NCBI RefSeq assembly: GCF_001194135.2
Contig: NC_068981.1
Location: 7,439,290-7,473,740 of the forward strand
Reading direction: 5' to 3'
DNA: 34,451 bases
Source of the DNA: Octopus bimaculoides
Taxonomy: Eukaryota
Shown: positions 33,561 through 34,451 of the stretch, in pieces
How positions within the stretch are numbered: position 1 is the first letter of the stretch
Layout of the letters: every line of letters starts with the position of its first letter
Translations under genes and position numbers: made by a program
The notes under the pieces: model-generated
Told to the model about the DNA's origin: nothing
The model's database searches: none
Seen by the model: the letters and a program-made list of their open reading frames with translations, nothing else

Positions 33561-34079
33561 ATTCATTCGGAAATCTACTTTTGACTAATCATACAAAAAT
33601 GAAAAGTTTTGTACTTCTGTGACTTTTGCATCGGAATTTTGGACCTGAAACAAAGATGGGTTTGTAAAATAGCAGGGGTGGGAAAGATTCCTAATGTTTG
33701 AGTAAACCTGGTGCAATAGCTTCACCAGCGGTAACTAGGGTGCAATAGAAACGAGAAGATATTTTGTAGTACCCCCTGTATGCTTGCAATTCCCATCAGG
33801 GAATTGGCATGATGCCAATAGAAATATATAATCTACAGAAGACATAATCCTTTGTAGCTATGCAACCGTTCTTTTGAAAATGGAATCGACAAATGCATAA
33901 TAAAGTGCATGTAGCTGGGTATTTATTTATACAGTAAAATATCCATGTTGGGAGAGTGGAGGTGAGTGTAGGATAACAAGAAAGATGGCAGGAGAGTGAA
34001 AGGCGAAGAACTGGTAAGGCTTCGGCAAGATGGTGAAGAAGGAGACCTACATAGATTCAGATATCTCACTGTGTAGATG

Positions 34080-34451
34080 GGTGTGTGTGGGTGCGTGTGT
34101 GCGTGTGTGTGTGTGTGCTTATGTGTGAGAGAGAGAGAAAGTAGAACTAAACAAAGTCAAAGTCACTGATGGGGAGTGAGGAGCAAATATTTACTTACAC
34201 AAACATTAAAACAACACACGCAAACACACACACACACACATGGAACACACACATACACATACATAAATATATATCTATGCTTCCATATACATATTTTTCT
34301 CTCTATCACTCTCTCTTTCTCTCTCTCTCTCTCTTTTCTATCCATCGATCCATCGATCTGAATGCATATTATTTATTTACCTCTATATATGTACAAACAC
34401 ACACATACACACCAACACATATTAATATATATATATATATATATATATATA
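34080..34451. repeat. (TG)n/(GA)n/(CA)n/(CT)n/(TA)n microsatellite mosaic
   Basis: Seen directly. Confidence 0.9.

Noticed and set aside
1-34451. CRISPR arrays, rRNA, operons
   Set aside because: No regularly spaced repeat-spacer units or rRNA motifs; the sequence is eukaryotic and repeat-rich.

Overview
This is AT-rich, microsatellite-saturated eukaryotic DNA from a gapped draft scaffold (11 N-runs, about 3.5 kb, nearly all flanked by simple repeats). The SINE families and repeat landscape resemble a coleoid cephalopod, most likely Octopus; this is inferred from pattern recognition, not a search. I recognise no intact host protein-coding gene, and most ORFs in the supplied track are microsatellite or gap read-through. 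The window looks intronic or intergenic and is a mosaic of decayed mobile elements: about 19 tRNA-derived SINE copies or fragments (three head/body types), two different Penelope-like elements (PLEs), R4/Dong, CR1/L2-group and RTE-like LINE pieces, mariner and Tc1/mariner transposase relics, MITEs/foldbacks, and possible hAT and piggyBac relics. The best find is a minimal type-I hammerhead-ribozyme-like motif (minus strand, 10859-10908). It fills most of the loop of a 131-bp, about 95% identical inverted repeat, roughly 0.8 kb upstream of a same-strand PLE RT/GIY-YIG fragment. Also notable are a LINE 3' tail shared with a SINE family, an internally inverted transposase and a POU-octamer cluster. 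A few exon-like or promoter-like stretches are low-confidence only.
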